A DNA stretch of 47,573 nt from a virus (taxonomy: Duplodnaviria; Caudoviricetes), in IMG/VR virus record IMGVR_UViG_3300046739_000271, positions 1 to 47,573 of that record; one strand, given 5' to 3'. The position numbers and the translations under genes were made by a program. Positions 18,851 to 27,527 of this stretch are shown piece after piece. Positions within the stretch are counted from its first letter, which is position 1. Every line of letters begins with the position of its first letter. Below the pieces are notes generated by a model. It saw only the letters and a program-made list of their open reading frames with translations, was not told the origin of the DNA and made no database searches.

Positions 18851-18943
18851 CCACTGGGCCGGGGCGGGAGCTGATCTGAGGGAGAGCGACCGTATCGTGC
18901 CGTCGTCTTGCTAGTGGGCTTGGACGGCGGCCCGGCCTGGTGG
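18851..18943 (+). ncRNA. Structured intergenic RNA element (13-bp closing stem)
   Basis: CCACTGGGCCGGG pairs with CCCGGCCTGGTGG (two G-U pairs); internal GCCGTC/GACGGC stem. Confidence 0.45.
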
Positions 18944-18960
18944 ATTTGACAGGAGTTCCA

Positions 18961-19461
18961 ATGCGTTGTCTCTTGTTCCTGTTCCTCGCCCCGGTTGCTC
19001 AGGCTGCGGATATCGGGAGTCCCGTCCCGCAACCCACGGGCGACCCGAACGCCGACATCGTTCGCATCGTCGGCTACCTGGAGAAATCGGAGGCCCGCGC
19101 CGCCGACCTGTCCGCCCGGCTTGCGGCGCTCGAGGCCCGCGTCAGCCACGGCGAACAGTTCGCCGCCCGCATGGCCGGGTACAAGCCGCTCAACCCGGCG
19201 GTCGCCGTACCGGCCCAGCCGCCCGTGGGGGTGGCGGCCGGCGTCCCCCCTACCATGCCGGACACACTTGCCCCACCTGCGGGGGTAGTCAGTACGTCAT
19301 CGCTGCTTACTTACCCAATGGTCAGCACGTACACGTATGCGCCCGCGATGGCACCGCATGGCGGCACTAGGGGCGGTCCGCTCGGCCTTGGCATCCTGCC
19401 GCGGTTGATGGGCGGGTGCGGTGGCGGGAGTGGCGGCGGTGCGTCCTATGGCGGCGGGTGA
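18961..19461 (+). CDS. Exported protein, possibly with a frameshifted alternative C-terminus
   Basis: AGGAG SD, signal peptide, short coiled coil. Confidence 0.7.
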   Translation: MRCLLFLFLAPVAQAADIGSPVPQPTGDPNADIVRIVGYLEKSEARAADLSARLAALEARVSHGEQFAARMAGYKPLNPAVAVPAQPPVGVAAGVPPTMPDTLAPPAGVVSTSSLLTYPMVSTYTYAPAMAPHGGTRGGPLGLGILPRLMGGCGGGSGGGASYGGG

Positions 19462-19498
19462 AGCTAGGAATTGGCCCCGGTCGGGGCGAAGGGAAATC

Positions 19499-19837
19499 AT
19501 GAACACCACCCTCGAACGCGAGTCAGCTACCCTAGGTCTGTCGCTGCCGGGCGTCGACCCGCTCATCATCCAACAACTCATCGGCGAGCTGATCGGACTT
19601 CTGCAAGGCTGCTTTCCCGATCCAACGCCGGACGCCGCCCTTGAATGGGTCAATTCGGGCGGAAGTCGGTACGGGTTCATTGGCCAGTGGATGTGGCGGC
19701 GGACCGTTAGCAGGGCCGTCGCGCGGGCGTGGACCGGTGACCGGGCCGTCGTTGGGATCGTTCAGGACGCAGTTCTACGCCGGCTCCAGTCGGGAATCAC
19801 TCGGTCGACGTTAATGGCCCTGTACGCGGGAGGATGA
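19499..19837 (+). CDS. Hypothetical protein
   Basis: ATG at 19499 after a purine-rich SD; packing. Confidence 0.65.
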   Translation: MNTTLERESATLGLSLPGVDPLIIQQLIGELIGLLQGCFPDPTPDAALEWVNSGGSRYGFIGQWMWRRTVSRAVARAWTGDRAVVGIVQDAVLRRLQSGITRSTLMALYAGG

Positions 19838-19838
19838 C

Positions 19839-21149
19839 GTGCGTCGGCTCGCCCTAGTATTCCCGTTCGTGGCCGTGACGCTGGCCCTCGTCGGCGTGGC
19901 CGCGACACCGACGCCGGAGCCGAAGATAGCCGTCCCGAAAGTGGCCGCCAACGTCTCGGCCGCGGGCCCGACAGCCGACCCGACCGAGGCGTTCGCGTCC
20001 GACGAGATGCTGACTAACGGGCTCACAACCCAAGCGGAATTCGATGCCAATTTCGATCAGTTCTCCGAATCCGCCCACGAGTTCGCCAGCGACACCGCTG
20101 AGGGTGGTCTTGGTCCGGTGTTCAATGGGGTATCTTGTGCCGCTTGTCATCCAAACGGGCACGGTTCCGGTCAACGTGAGTTACGCGCAGGCCACTTCGA
20201 CGGAACTAATTTTTCTGCCCCGGCCGGGGGTACCCTCGTTCACCTGAACGCCACCGACGCTCGCGCCGCCCAGCGACCGCTCCCCGGCTTCGATGACGTG
20301 ATTGCCGAGCGGCTGACGACCACGCTGCGTGGCCTGGCGTTCCTTGAATTCGTCCGCGACGGCGATCTGACGGCGATCCAGGCCGGCCAGACGCCCGACA
20401 TTCGCGGCACCATCATTCCGTCGGTCGTCACCACCGGCGTTAACCCGGACGGCACCTTTGCCACGGCCGCCCGGATCGGTCGGTTCGGGCACAAATGCCA
20501 GCAAGGTAGTTTGCTCGACTTCGCCGCCGACGCAGACAGAAATGAAAAGGGCCGCACGTCGCCGCTGCAACCGCTCAAGTCGCCGGCCCTGGACGGTCGG
20601 AGCCTCTACCAGTTCGTCCATCAATCGGACGGCCTGGACGATCCTGCCACGGCGGCGGCCCCGTTCGGGACCGACATTACCGCTTACACCCGCCTGATGC
20701 GAGGCCTGCCCGTCCCGCCGCGGGACTTCGCGACCCAGACCACGCCTGACGTATTGGCCGGCGAGAAGCTCTTCACGACGATCGGTTGCGCTAACTGTCA
20801 CGTCCCGACGATGACGACCGCGCCTGCCGGCTCGACCATCAACGGAGTCCCGAACGGCGTCCCGTCCGCCCTCGGGGGCAAGGTGATCCACCCCTACACG
20901 GACCTGATGACCCATGACGTGGGGACCGGGGACGGGATCGTGCAGGGTGCGGCCCCGCGGAACGAGATGCGCACGACGCCGCTGTGGGGACTTCGGAGGC
21001 GGACGCTGCTCATGCACGATGGGGCGAGCCGGACCCTGACGGACGCGATCGGCCGGCATGCCGGACAGGCGACGGGCGTGCGGGGTGCGTTCCTGTCGCT
21101 AAGTGCGGCCGATAAGGCCCGGTTGTTGGCGTTCCTGAATTCCCTGTAG
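19839..21149 (+). CDS. Di-heme oxidoreductase family protein (DHOR/DUF1111)
   Basis: Signal peptide; GLGPVFNGVSCAACH, IGRFGHK, GCANCH, PYTDLMTHDVG, RTTPLWGL, LMHDG. Confidence 0.9.
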   Translation: MRRLALVFPFVAVTLALVGVAATPTPEPKIAVPKVAANVSAAGPTADPTEAFASDEMLTNGLTTQAEFDANFDQFSESAHEFASDTAEGGLGPVFNGVSCAACHPNGHGSGQRELRAGHFDGTNFSAPAGGTLVHLNATDARAAQRPLPGFDDVIAERLTTTLRGLAFLEFVRDGDLTAIQAGQTPDIRGTIIPSVVTTGVNPDGTFATAARIGRFGHKCQQGSLLDFAADADRNEKGRTSPLQPLKSPALDGRSLYQFVHQSDGLDDPATAAAPFGTDITAYTRLMRGLPVPPRDFATQTTPDVLAGEKLFTTIGCANCHVPTMTTAPAGSTINGVPNGVPSALGGKVIHPYTDLMTHDVGTGDGIVQGAAPRNEMRTTPLWGLRRRTLLMHDGASRTLTDAIGRHAGQATGVRGAFLSLSAADKARLLAFLNSL

Positions 21150-21158
21150 GGAGCGATC

Positions 21159-21446
21159 GTGTCCTGGCTCACCCGGTGGCTGCCCCGAAAGCACGTCACC
21201 CATTTCGAGGAGAGGCTCTTGGCTACCCTGACCGACCTAAAAACGACGATTGACGGGGCCGTGACGAAGTTGACCGACGCAATCCCGAAGGTGCAGCAGC
21301 TCGCAGCCGAGCACGCGAGTTTCGTGGCCGGGACGGCGATCCCGCCGGCCGTACAGACCCAGATCGACGCGGCCGCCGCATCGGCCACGCAGATCGCGAC
21401 CGCGACCGATCAACTTGTGGCCGCACTGACGTCGCCGGCGGGATAA
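21159..21446 (+). CDS. Hypothetical helical protein
   Basis: GGAG SD; Ala-rich helices. Confidence 0.6.
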   Translation: MSWLTRWLPRKHVTHFEERLLATLTDLKTTIDGAVTKLTDAIPKVQQLAAEHASFVAGTAIPPAVQTQIDAAAASATQIATATDQLVAALTSPAG

Positions 21447-21449
21447 GCG

Positions 21450-21647
21450 ATGACCCGTAAAGTCGGCTCACCGCTCTCGGACGCGGAACTCGCCCAGCGA
21501 GTTGCGGCCTCGCGGATTCGGCGAGGCAAGGCCCTGCGGGCTCCGCGTCTGATGCGACCACATCCGCCGGCCACCGTTCTGACAGCCTCCCAGCGTGAAC
21601 GAGCCCGATTCGATTGGTGGAGCATGAACCGGCCACCAGGATACTGA
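21450..21647 (+). CDS. Hypothetical basic protein
   Basis: Packing only. Confidence 0.45.
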   Translation: MTRKVGSPLSDAELAQRVAASRIRRGKALRAPRLMRPHPPATVLTASQRERARFDWWSMNRPPGY

Positions 21648-21648
21648 G

Positions 21649-21861
21649 ATGAACCGCTTCCGCCGCACCATGACCTGCTCGTCGATGGAGGGATACACCG
21701 ACGAGCAATCGGCGTGGCTGAAAGCAGTCGCCCGATACCAGCAGCGGACCGGGCGACATTATCCGACGTGCCCCGAAGTGCTCAGGCTCGCTCGGGAACT
21801 GGGGTATCGGCTGGTCGCGGAGCCGGGCCCGTTGCCGGTGTTCGGGGGGCGGCGGAAGTGA
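21649..21861 (+). CDS. Small protein of a type I recall from Planctomycetes
   Basis: YTDEQ..WLKAV.RYQ...GR.YPTC.EVL.....LGY pattern (recalled, not searched). Confidence 0.65.
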   Translation: MNRFRRTMTCSSMEGYTDEQSAWLKAVARYQQRTGRHYPTCPEVLRLARELGYRLVAEPGPLPVFGGRRK

Positions 21862-22104
21862 CTACGCGGCCATGCCCCGCTCCCGAATCGCCGCGACGAT
21901 CCAGCGCAGTTCGCGGACCTCGCGCGGCTCCGGCGGCCGGGGGGGCGCGACCGGGACCGGCTTCGGTGGGTGCGGGACGGGGCGAGGCTTGTCGGTAAAC
22001 ATGGCAGGGACTCCGGCTGGACAATTCTACTCTCTACAAATCTGATGCCGGAAAGCGATTGCGGGTTCATCCGGCCTTGACCGGTGGGCCGAGTGAGCCC
22101 CATA

Positions 22105-22335
22105 CTACCCACCGCTACCCAAGGTCCCGCCAGGATCGGCAGGGCCCGGCGCGCGGAATCGCGGGAACCGGCGGCGAATCGGCTGGCGCTGTCCGACTTT
22201 TAATCCGTTGGTCGTGGGTTCGAGTCCCACCGCCTTCATTCGGATCAAGTCGTCACCCGCCCGCCACTTCGGATTCCGGCCGGCTCTCCGATTCCGCGCG
22301 TTGCCCTTCGGGCATGGGTAGCAATATTACCCATG
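22105..22335. promoter_or_regulatory. Putative attP arm sites and flanking inverted repeats
   Basis: YTACCCA at 22105, 22115, 22315 (inverted) and 22327; perfect 12-bp IR at 22150-22161/22289-22300. Confidence 0.6.
22195..22238 (+). other. attP core: 3' half of tRNA-Lys(UUU)
   Basis: GA-CTTTTAA-TCCGT anticodon loop, T arm GTGGG-TTCGAGT-CCCAC and 3' acceptor strand, with no 5' half; 95 bp before the integrase. Confidence 0.9.
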
Positions 22336-23472
22336 GCATGGAGGCCGAACGTGTCCAGTCCCATCCCAGCCCTGCGCTACCACCGCCCGACCCGCCAGTA
22401 TTACGTCTGGATCGGCCGGCTCAAAAAGCGGAAGACGTTCGGCTCAGACCCCGACGTCGCCCGCCGCCAGTACGCCCAATATCTCGCCGCCGCCGGGGGG
22501 CCTGCTGTTCTCCCGTCCCCCGACTCGATGACCGTCAACGACGCGTTGGAGGCCTACCGGCGATTCGCCAAGACACGCTACACGGATCGCCGGGAGGCCA
22601 ACCGCATCGGGACCGCCCTCGCCGCCGTGGCCGAATTGTATGGTCCCCAGCCGGCCGCCAGCTTCCGGGCGAAAGCACTCCGCGAGGTCCGGGGACGTCT
22701 CTTGACGGGCGGCAAAGAGCCGCGGAGCCGGCGGTACATCAACAAACTCACCAGGTCGATCCAGACGGCCTGGCGCTGGCTGGCCGGCGAGGAACTCATT
22801 CCGGCGGAATCGGCCGCCTCGGTGTGCGTGGTGCGTGCTCTGGGGCCGGGGGACGGTGGCCTGGAACGGGAGCCGGTCCTGCCGCCGCCACCCGGTCTGG
22901 TCGAGCAGACAACCCCCTTCCTGCCGCCCACGGTCGCGGCGATGGTCCGGGTGCAACTCCTGAGCGGGATGAGGCCCGGCGAAGTCTGCCGAATGCGGGC
23001 GGGTGAAGTGAGCACCGATTCGACCTCGCCGGTGAAAATTCCCGGCATGGGCCGGGCGGTGGCCGCGGTCGACGTGGCCGGGTGCGCCGTGTGGATGTAC
23101 GTCCCCGGCTCGCACAAGACGATCCGTCGGGGCAAGGTCCGGGTCGTGCCGATCGGCCCACGGGCCCAGAAGGAATTGTCGCCGTACCTCATCGGTAAGG
23201 GGGCTGGCGAGACCGTGTTTGCGACGTCGGCCGGGCGTTCATACCGGTCGGATAGCTACGCCAAGGCAGTCGCCCGGGCGTGTGCCAAGGCCGGGGTTGA
23301 GCCGTGGAGTCCGATCCAGCTGCGTCACGCGGCGGGGACGGAGGTGGCCAACCGGTTCGATGACCACACGGCCGCGTCGGTGCTGGGCCATGCGGCCGGC
23401 AGCACAGCGACGCGGGTCTATGTCGAGCAAAGCGTGCGGAAGGCGGCCGCGGCGGCGGCCGAAATGGGGTGA
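22333..23472 (+). CDS. int: Tyrosine integrase
   Basis: GMRPGE (R), HKT (K), QLRH, LGH and TRVY catalytic set. Confidence 0.93.
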   Translation: MAWRPNVSSPIPALRYHRPTRQYYVWIGRLKKRKTFGSDPDVARRQYAQYLAAAGGPAVLPSPDSMTVNDALEAYRRFAKTRYTDRREANRIGTALAAVAELYGPQPAASFRAKALREVRGRLLTGGKEPRSRRYINKLTRSIQTAWRWLAGEELIPAESAASVCVVRALGPGDGGLEREPVLPPPPGLVEQTTPFLPPTVAAMVRVQLLSGMRPGEVCRMRAGEVSTDSTSPVKIPGMGRAVAAVDVAGCAVWMYVPGSHKTIRRGKVRVVPIGPRAQKELSPYLIGKGAGETVFATSAGRSYRSDSYAKAVARACAKAGVEPWSPIQLRHAAGTEVANRFDDHTAASVLGHAAGSTATRVYVEQSVRKAAAAAAEMG

Positions 23473-23636
23473 GGAAAATTCCGTGCAGGTGGGGTTACTG
23501 TTATTGATGGCTGCGGCATATCTGACGGCTATCTGCCAGCGAGGGCCGCCACGGCTACTGACGTGGCGGCCACCACATCCACCCTGGCAAATTAGAGCCG
23601 GCGCCTGCCCCGACTCTCATCCCCTGTGACCCCACC

Positions 23637-23945
23637 ATGCCGGACCTCTCTGTCCCCTTCTCGAACGGCCGCGCCGTTGCGCCCGTAGATGCCTCTCTTC
23701 CCGCCCCGTCGGCCGCGGTCGCTGAACGGCTCATGGCCGAGGGCCTGCTGTCGCTCGTCCAGGCGGCGGCGTTGCTGCCCCCGGTCCGGGGTAAGCGGGT
23801 GGCCACGTCGTCACTGTTCCGGTGGATCATTCGCGGCAAGCACGGGGTCAAGCTGGAGGCGATCCAGCTTCACGGACCGGGCTGGTGGACGAGTAAGCCC
23901 GCGATTGCGAGATTCGCGGCGGCGGTGACGGCGGCGGGGGGCTAG
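23637..23945 (+). CDS. DUF1580-like HTH protein
   Basis: LLSLVQAA..LP...GKRV..SSLFRWI.RG..GVKLE......WWTS..AI.RF. Confidence 0.75.
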   Translation: MPDLSVPFSNGRAVAPVDASLPAPSAAVAERLMAEGLLSLVQAAALLPPVRGKRVATSSLFRWIIRGKHGVKLEAIQLHGPGWWTSKPAIARFAAAVTAAGG

Positions 23946-23971
23946 GTTCGGTTCCGGGAACGGGCGGGGGT

Positions 23972-24175
23972 TTAGCCAGCCTCATCAGTGCCGGACTCTT
24001 CCTTGATCGCCCGGCGAGCCTGGCTAATTTCGGCTCGGAAGTGTTCCCGGATCAGATCGTTCATTACTTCCGACGGAGACACGCCCGTCACGGCGGCCCG
24101 GATTTGGACCGCCCGGCGGAGTTCTTCTTCGGTGTCGATGATCAGACGGATACGGCTTGCCATAGTGGCGGTCAT
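23972..24175 (-). CDS. Ribbon-helix-helix regulator (candidate repressor)
   Basis: RIRLIIDTEEELRRAVQIRAAVTGVSPSEVMNDLI; GGAG SD; divergent from the early operon. Confidence 0.75.
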   Translation of the reverse strand: MTATMASRIRLIIDTEEELRRAVQIRAAVTGVSPSEVMNDLIREHFRAEISQARRAIKEESGTDEAG

Positions 24176-24269
24176 AGCCACTTCTCCCGGCGTCGTCCAA
24201 ATGATTCCATTGTACCCTCGGCATCAATGGGCATTTCGGACTATTTGGCGGATTCTTGGAAAACGTCGC

Positions 24270-24297
24270 TTGACTTCAAATGGTACCACGGTACCAT
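24270..24297 (+). promoter_or_regulatory. Early rightward sigma70-type promoter overlapped by a palindromic operator
   Basis: TTGACT-16 nt-TACCAT; palindrome ATGGTACC-AC-GGTACCAT at 24280-24297. Confidence 0.7.
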
Positions 24298-24349
24298 ACG
24301 AATAACTGGATGAGTGGTCAAGACGGATACACGCTGAAAGGGAAAGACC

Positions 24350-24634
24350 ATGACCGCCGTCGCCTCCCGCGCCCGACCGCCAGTCGCCCCCGAAGTCCGC
24401 GGCCTGTCCTGCCGCGACCGCTACTCGCCCGCCAAGTACTACTGGGTTTACAGCGTCGAGGACGGGGCCGCGACCCTGTACCGCACGGCGTGCCCCGCTG
24501 TGGCTGATAAGCTGGTTCGCCTGCTGGTGGCGGACGGGTGTCAGGCGGGGCGGATCGGCTGGCTCACTAATCTCTGGTGGGCGGCCAAGCAGGCGGCGTC
24601 GAAGGGTTGGACGGTCGTCCGAGTTGTGGAGTGA
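24350..24634 (+). CDS. Hypothetical early protein
   Basis: First ORF after the promoter; purine-rich SD. Confidence 0.6.
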   Translation: MTAVASRARPPVAPEVRGLSCRDRYSPAKYYWVYSVEDGAATLYRTACPAVADKLVRLLVADGCQAGRIGWLTNLWWAAKQAASKGWTVVRVVE

Positions 24635-24638
24635 ACCC

Positions 24639-24818
24639 ATGAAAACGCTTATGACCATCGCCCTGTTCGCCCTGCTTCTCGTGGTCCTCGTCGGCCTCGC
24701 CTCGCTGGCCCTGATCGCTCCCTGGTGGTGTGCGGTGCCGCTGGGGTTCGTCGGCTGGCAGTTCGGGTCGGCATGGCTGGACATGCTGCACGCAGTGCAT
24801 GGGATCGAGACGTGCTGA
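24639..24818 (+). CDS. Small membrane protein
   Basis: Two hydrophobic segments; GGAG SD. Confidence 0.55.
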   Translation: MKTLMTIALFALLLVVLVGLASLALIAPWWCAVPLGFVGWQFGSAWLDMLHAVHGIETC

Positions 24819-24886
24819 GCCACGCCGCCCGGTCCGGAGTTATGCGTACCAGCCCCTTGCTGGTCCCCGACGCTGAGGAATCAGTC

Positions 24887-25324
24887 GTGAAATGCCGCTA
24901 TTGTCAGGCCGAATTCAGCCCGCAACCATACCAGGTCTCGCACCGGGATTACCAATGCCCCGAGTGTCGCAGACGGCGCAGGCGGAAGGACGTGAGCCGG
25001 GAGCACCTTGTTAAAAATCGGGAGTGCTACTTTCTTGATCGACTCAAGAAAGACAACCAGACGGGCTGCTGGCTGTGGACAGGACGAATCGACGGCCCCG
25101 GTTATGGGCGAATGAACCTGAACGGAGGCGAGATCAACTGCCACCGTTTCTCCTACCTGATTTTCTGCGGCCCGATACCTGATGGCCTGTTCGTTTGCCA
25201 CAGGTGTGATGTTCGTAGTTGCTGCAACCCGGTTCATTTGTTTCTTGCTACGCCCGCCGAGAACATGGCTGACATGACGCAAAAGAGACGCGGTCGGCCC
25301 GGGGGCAGAAGTGTCAGAAGGTAG
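24887..25324 (+). CDS. HNH endonuclease (HNH_3 type) with N-terminal zinc finger
   Basis: CWLWTG...GYG...HRFSY...[24 protein letters not shown]...EN; start uncertain. Confidence 0.85.
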   Translation: MKCRYCQAEFSPQPYQVSHRDYQCPECRRRRRRKDVSREHLVKNRECYFLDRLKKDNQTGCWLWTGRIDGPGYGRMNLNGGEINCHRFSYLIFCGPIPDGLFVCHRCDVRSCCNPVHLFLATPAENMADMTQKRRGRPGGRSVRR

Positions 25325-25405
25325 GCATCGGGTCCGGACCGGTAACGCAAGGGCCAGGCCGGGCGGTGGCGGACGAAACTGAGGCCTTTCGCCTGGGGGC
25401 CGGGA

Positions 25406-25651
25406 GTGGAGCGAACGGATTACGATCTACTCTCGATCGACGAGGTTGCCCGGACGATCGGACAGTCGGTGCGGACGGTCCGCCGGATGATCCAGGACGG
25501 TGAATTCCCCCAAGGGTTTCCCGCCCCGAAGGTTTTGCGGTGGCGGTGGTCGACGGTCCGGGACTGGATTTTGATGACCGAGGCGTCCTTCAAGGTGTTG
25601 CCAAAACGGGACAATCCCGGCCAAACCGGGACATCCAAGAAGCCGCCCTAG
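25406..25651 (+). CDS. AlpA/excisionase-like HTH protein
   Basis: LLSIDEVARTIGQSVRTVRRMIQDGEFP......RW....V..W. Confidence 0.85.
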   Translation: MERTDYDLLSIDEVARTIGQSVRTVRRMIQDGEFPQGFPAPKVLRWRWSTVRDWILMTEASFKVLPKRDNPGQTGTSKKPP

Positions 25652-25708
25652 CGGCCGTGAAAACTCGGTGTAGCATCGGACACACTCTGATCCGGGAAGG
25701 CTTCCGCG

Positions 25709-25891
25709 ATGAGAAACACCTGGACCCGCCGACTCCTGTACTCGCTGCGATCCATGCGTCGTGAGGCCAGCCTGACGCGGACCCACTTCCGGCACGCCCG
25801 GAAGCCGCTGCCGGGCTGGGTCGGGGACGTGGAGCTGAGAGTGCCGCTGGCGATTGAGTACCTGATCGAGCGACTGGAGCGGAAGAGATGA
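25709..25891 (+). CDS. Hypothetical protein
   Basis: ATGA overlap with the next gene. Confidence 0.5.
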   Translation: MRNTWTRRLLYSLRSMRREASLTRTHFRHARKPLPGWVGDVELRVPLAIEYLIERLERKR

Positions 25892-26097
25892 TTACCCATG
25901 CTGACCCGTCGCGGCGAATCCTGACCGAGAAGGCCATCGCCAGCTACGCGGACTACGGCGATCCGCACCCGACCTGCCGGGTCTGCGGTCACAAGCTCAA
26001 GGCGGGTGACTTTGTGGACCCGTTCCACCCCTACGACCACACCGGCAACCTGCACCAGAAATGTGCGGCCGACGCCCCGGTCCGACGAGGTTATTAA
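25888..26097 (+). CDS. Small zinc-binding protein
   Basis: CRVC...HQKC. Confidence 0.55.
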   Translation: MITHADPSRRILTEKAIASYADYGDPHPTCRVCGHKLKAGDFVDPFHPYDHTGNLHQKCAADAPVRRGY

Positions 26098-26137
26098 CCG
26101 TGATTTGGCTCGCCCTGGCCCCTTGCGTGGTGATCCT

Positions 26138-26437
26138 ATGGCTCGCGAGCGGCTTCAAGTGGAGGACGACCTCGCACGGAGCACTTTCGATCCCTTGCAG
26201 GTCGCCCTCTGGGACGCGGTGAACGAGTACGCCGAATCGTGCGGCGGCGACACTGGACCGGCCACGATTGGCGGCCGTCGAATGAAAGCGGTGTCCGAGG
26301 TGAGTCGTGCCGTCTGCGATCTTATTGACAGGGACAAAGAGGCGGACGGTCTCAACCTTGCCCGCGGCCTGCGAAACGTCCTGATCGCGTTTACGGTGAT
26401 TGCGGCCGTCGTGGTCCTGATCGCGTCCTTGCGATGA
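26138..26437 (+). CDS. Hypothetical protein with C-terminal TM
   Basis: GGTGA SD, ATG at 26138. Confidence 0.6.
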   Translation: MARERLQVEDDLARSTFDPLQVALWDAVNEYAESCGGDTGPATIGGRRMKAVSEVSRAVCDLIDRDKEADGLNLARGLRNVLIAFTVIAAVVVLIASLR

Positions 26438-26443
26438 AAGGGG

Positions 26444-26848
26444 ATGGCGATGAGTGTGATTGCGTCGAGTGTGAACTTGGAGTCGGTCACGTGTGGTTGC
26501 TGCGGTGGAGTGTACGCGCTGACAGAGCGCTACATGGAGAAGAAGCGAGAGTCCAGCGGCCGGTGGCATTGCCCGTATTGCCGGGCCGGTTGGGGATACG
26601 CCGAAGGGGAGAACGACCGTCTGCGGCGCGAATTGTCCGAGTCCAAAACGAACGCGGCACGAGAGAAGGCCGCCCACGATCAGACCCGGGAGGCGCTGAA
26701 GACCAGCGAAGAGGAATGCCAACGCGAGAAGGAGAAAGCGGCGCGGGTCAAAAAGCGCATCGCGCACGGCGTCTGCCCGTGCTGTCATCGAACGTTCCGG
26801 GCCCTCGCCAGGCACATGAAAACCAAGCATCCGGAATACGCGACCTGA
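26444..26848 (+). CDS. Zinc finger / coiled-coil / C2H2 protein
   Basis: CGCCG, CPYC, coiled coil, GVCPCCHRTF..LARHMKTKH. Confidence 0.8.
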   Translation: MAMSVIASSVNLESVTCGCCGGVYALTERYMEKKRESSGRWHCPYCRAGWGYAEGENDRLRRELSESKTNAAREKAAHDQTREALKTSEEECQREKEKAARVKKRIAHGVCPCCHRTFRALARHMKTKHPEYAT

Positions 26849-26986
26849 CACAACGAACCTCCCGCCCCATCGCGAGTGCGTGGGCGTGGGGCCGGCCGCC
26901 AGAAGGGTGGCGGCCGGTGAAACAGAGGAGCGTGGCGGTGGACCTATTCCCGCCATTCGGCCGTGCGGAATGCCAACGCACGGCCG

Positions 26987-27171
26987 GCGGATGGAAGCGG
27001 ATAAGGTGATCCGCCACGCGCCCACCGTGGCCCATAGGTGGGAGTTGGGAAATCGACCGGGCTGACGAGCGCCGCCGACCTGACTTCCACACGCTCCCCG
27101 GCCGCCGAGTCCGCGGACGTTAGGCACTGGTCGGGAATGAGGGCGAGCCGGTTCAACTCCGGCCATCCGTG
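26987..27171 (+). ncRNA. tRNA-like RNA 2 (185 nt, large inserted domain)
   Basis: Acceptor GCGGATG/CATCCGT; D-like GCGGAT-AAGGTG-ATCCGC; T arm GCCGG-TTCAACT-CCGGC. Confidence 0.75.
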
Positions 27172-27188
27172 ATCGAAGGGTGTGGCTG

Positions 27189-27431
27189 ATGATTTGCTTC
27201 CACGGCACTAATCGGAAGAACGCCGAATCTATCCTGCAGGAAGGGTTCCGGGTCGGGACGTGGTTCGCAATTGAGAAAGAAAACGCAATCAAGTTCGGCG
27301 GTCCTTACGTATTTGCGGTCAAACTCGACAGGAACTTGTTGGGTCCCGGTGTCTCATGGCAGTTCCATACGCTCATACCGATCCCGGCGAGCGCAATTGT
27401 CTCTTGCCATGAGATCGCGGGGCGAAATTAA
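27189..27431 (+). CDS. Mini ADP-ribosyltransferase-fold protein (HGT motif)
   Basis: CFHGTNRKNAESILQEGF...TWFA....A..F; 80 aa. Confidence 0.65.
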   Translation: MICFHGTNRKNAESILQEGFRVGTWFAIEKENAIKFGGPYVFAVKLDRNLLGPGVSWQFHTLIPIPASAIVSCHEIAGRN

Positions 27432-27527
27432 TCAGTGTGAGACGTGCCGCGTGCGCGGTGCGGGGCCGTCGGCGTGCTTTAACCAAGTTTCTTGGTCGAA
27501 GGGCGAACGCCCGGCGGCTCATTTGAC

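Noticed and set aside
18865-18900. Hammerhead ribozyme (CTGA motifs)
   Set aside because: No CTGAnGA plus GAAA core in the correct stem context.
22165-22240. Functional tRNA-Lys gene
   Set aside because: No 5' acceptor strand or D arm and a broken anticodon stem; it is the attP core.
22302-22317. Seventh late-promoter copy (TTCGGGCATGG)
   Set aside because: Lacks the TA of the -10 hexamer, and its ATG is not in the integrase frame.
26987-27171. tmRNA
   Set aside because: Too short, has a D stem, and lacks the G3:U70 alanine acceptor and an evident tag reading frame.
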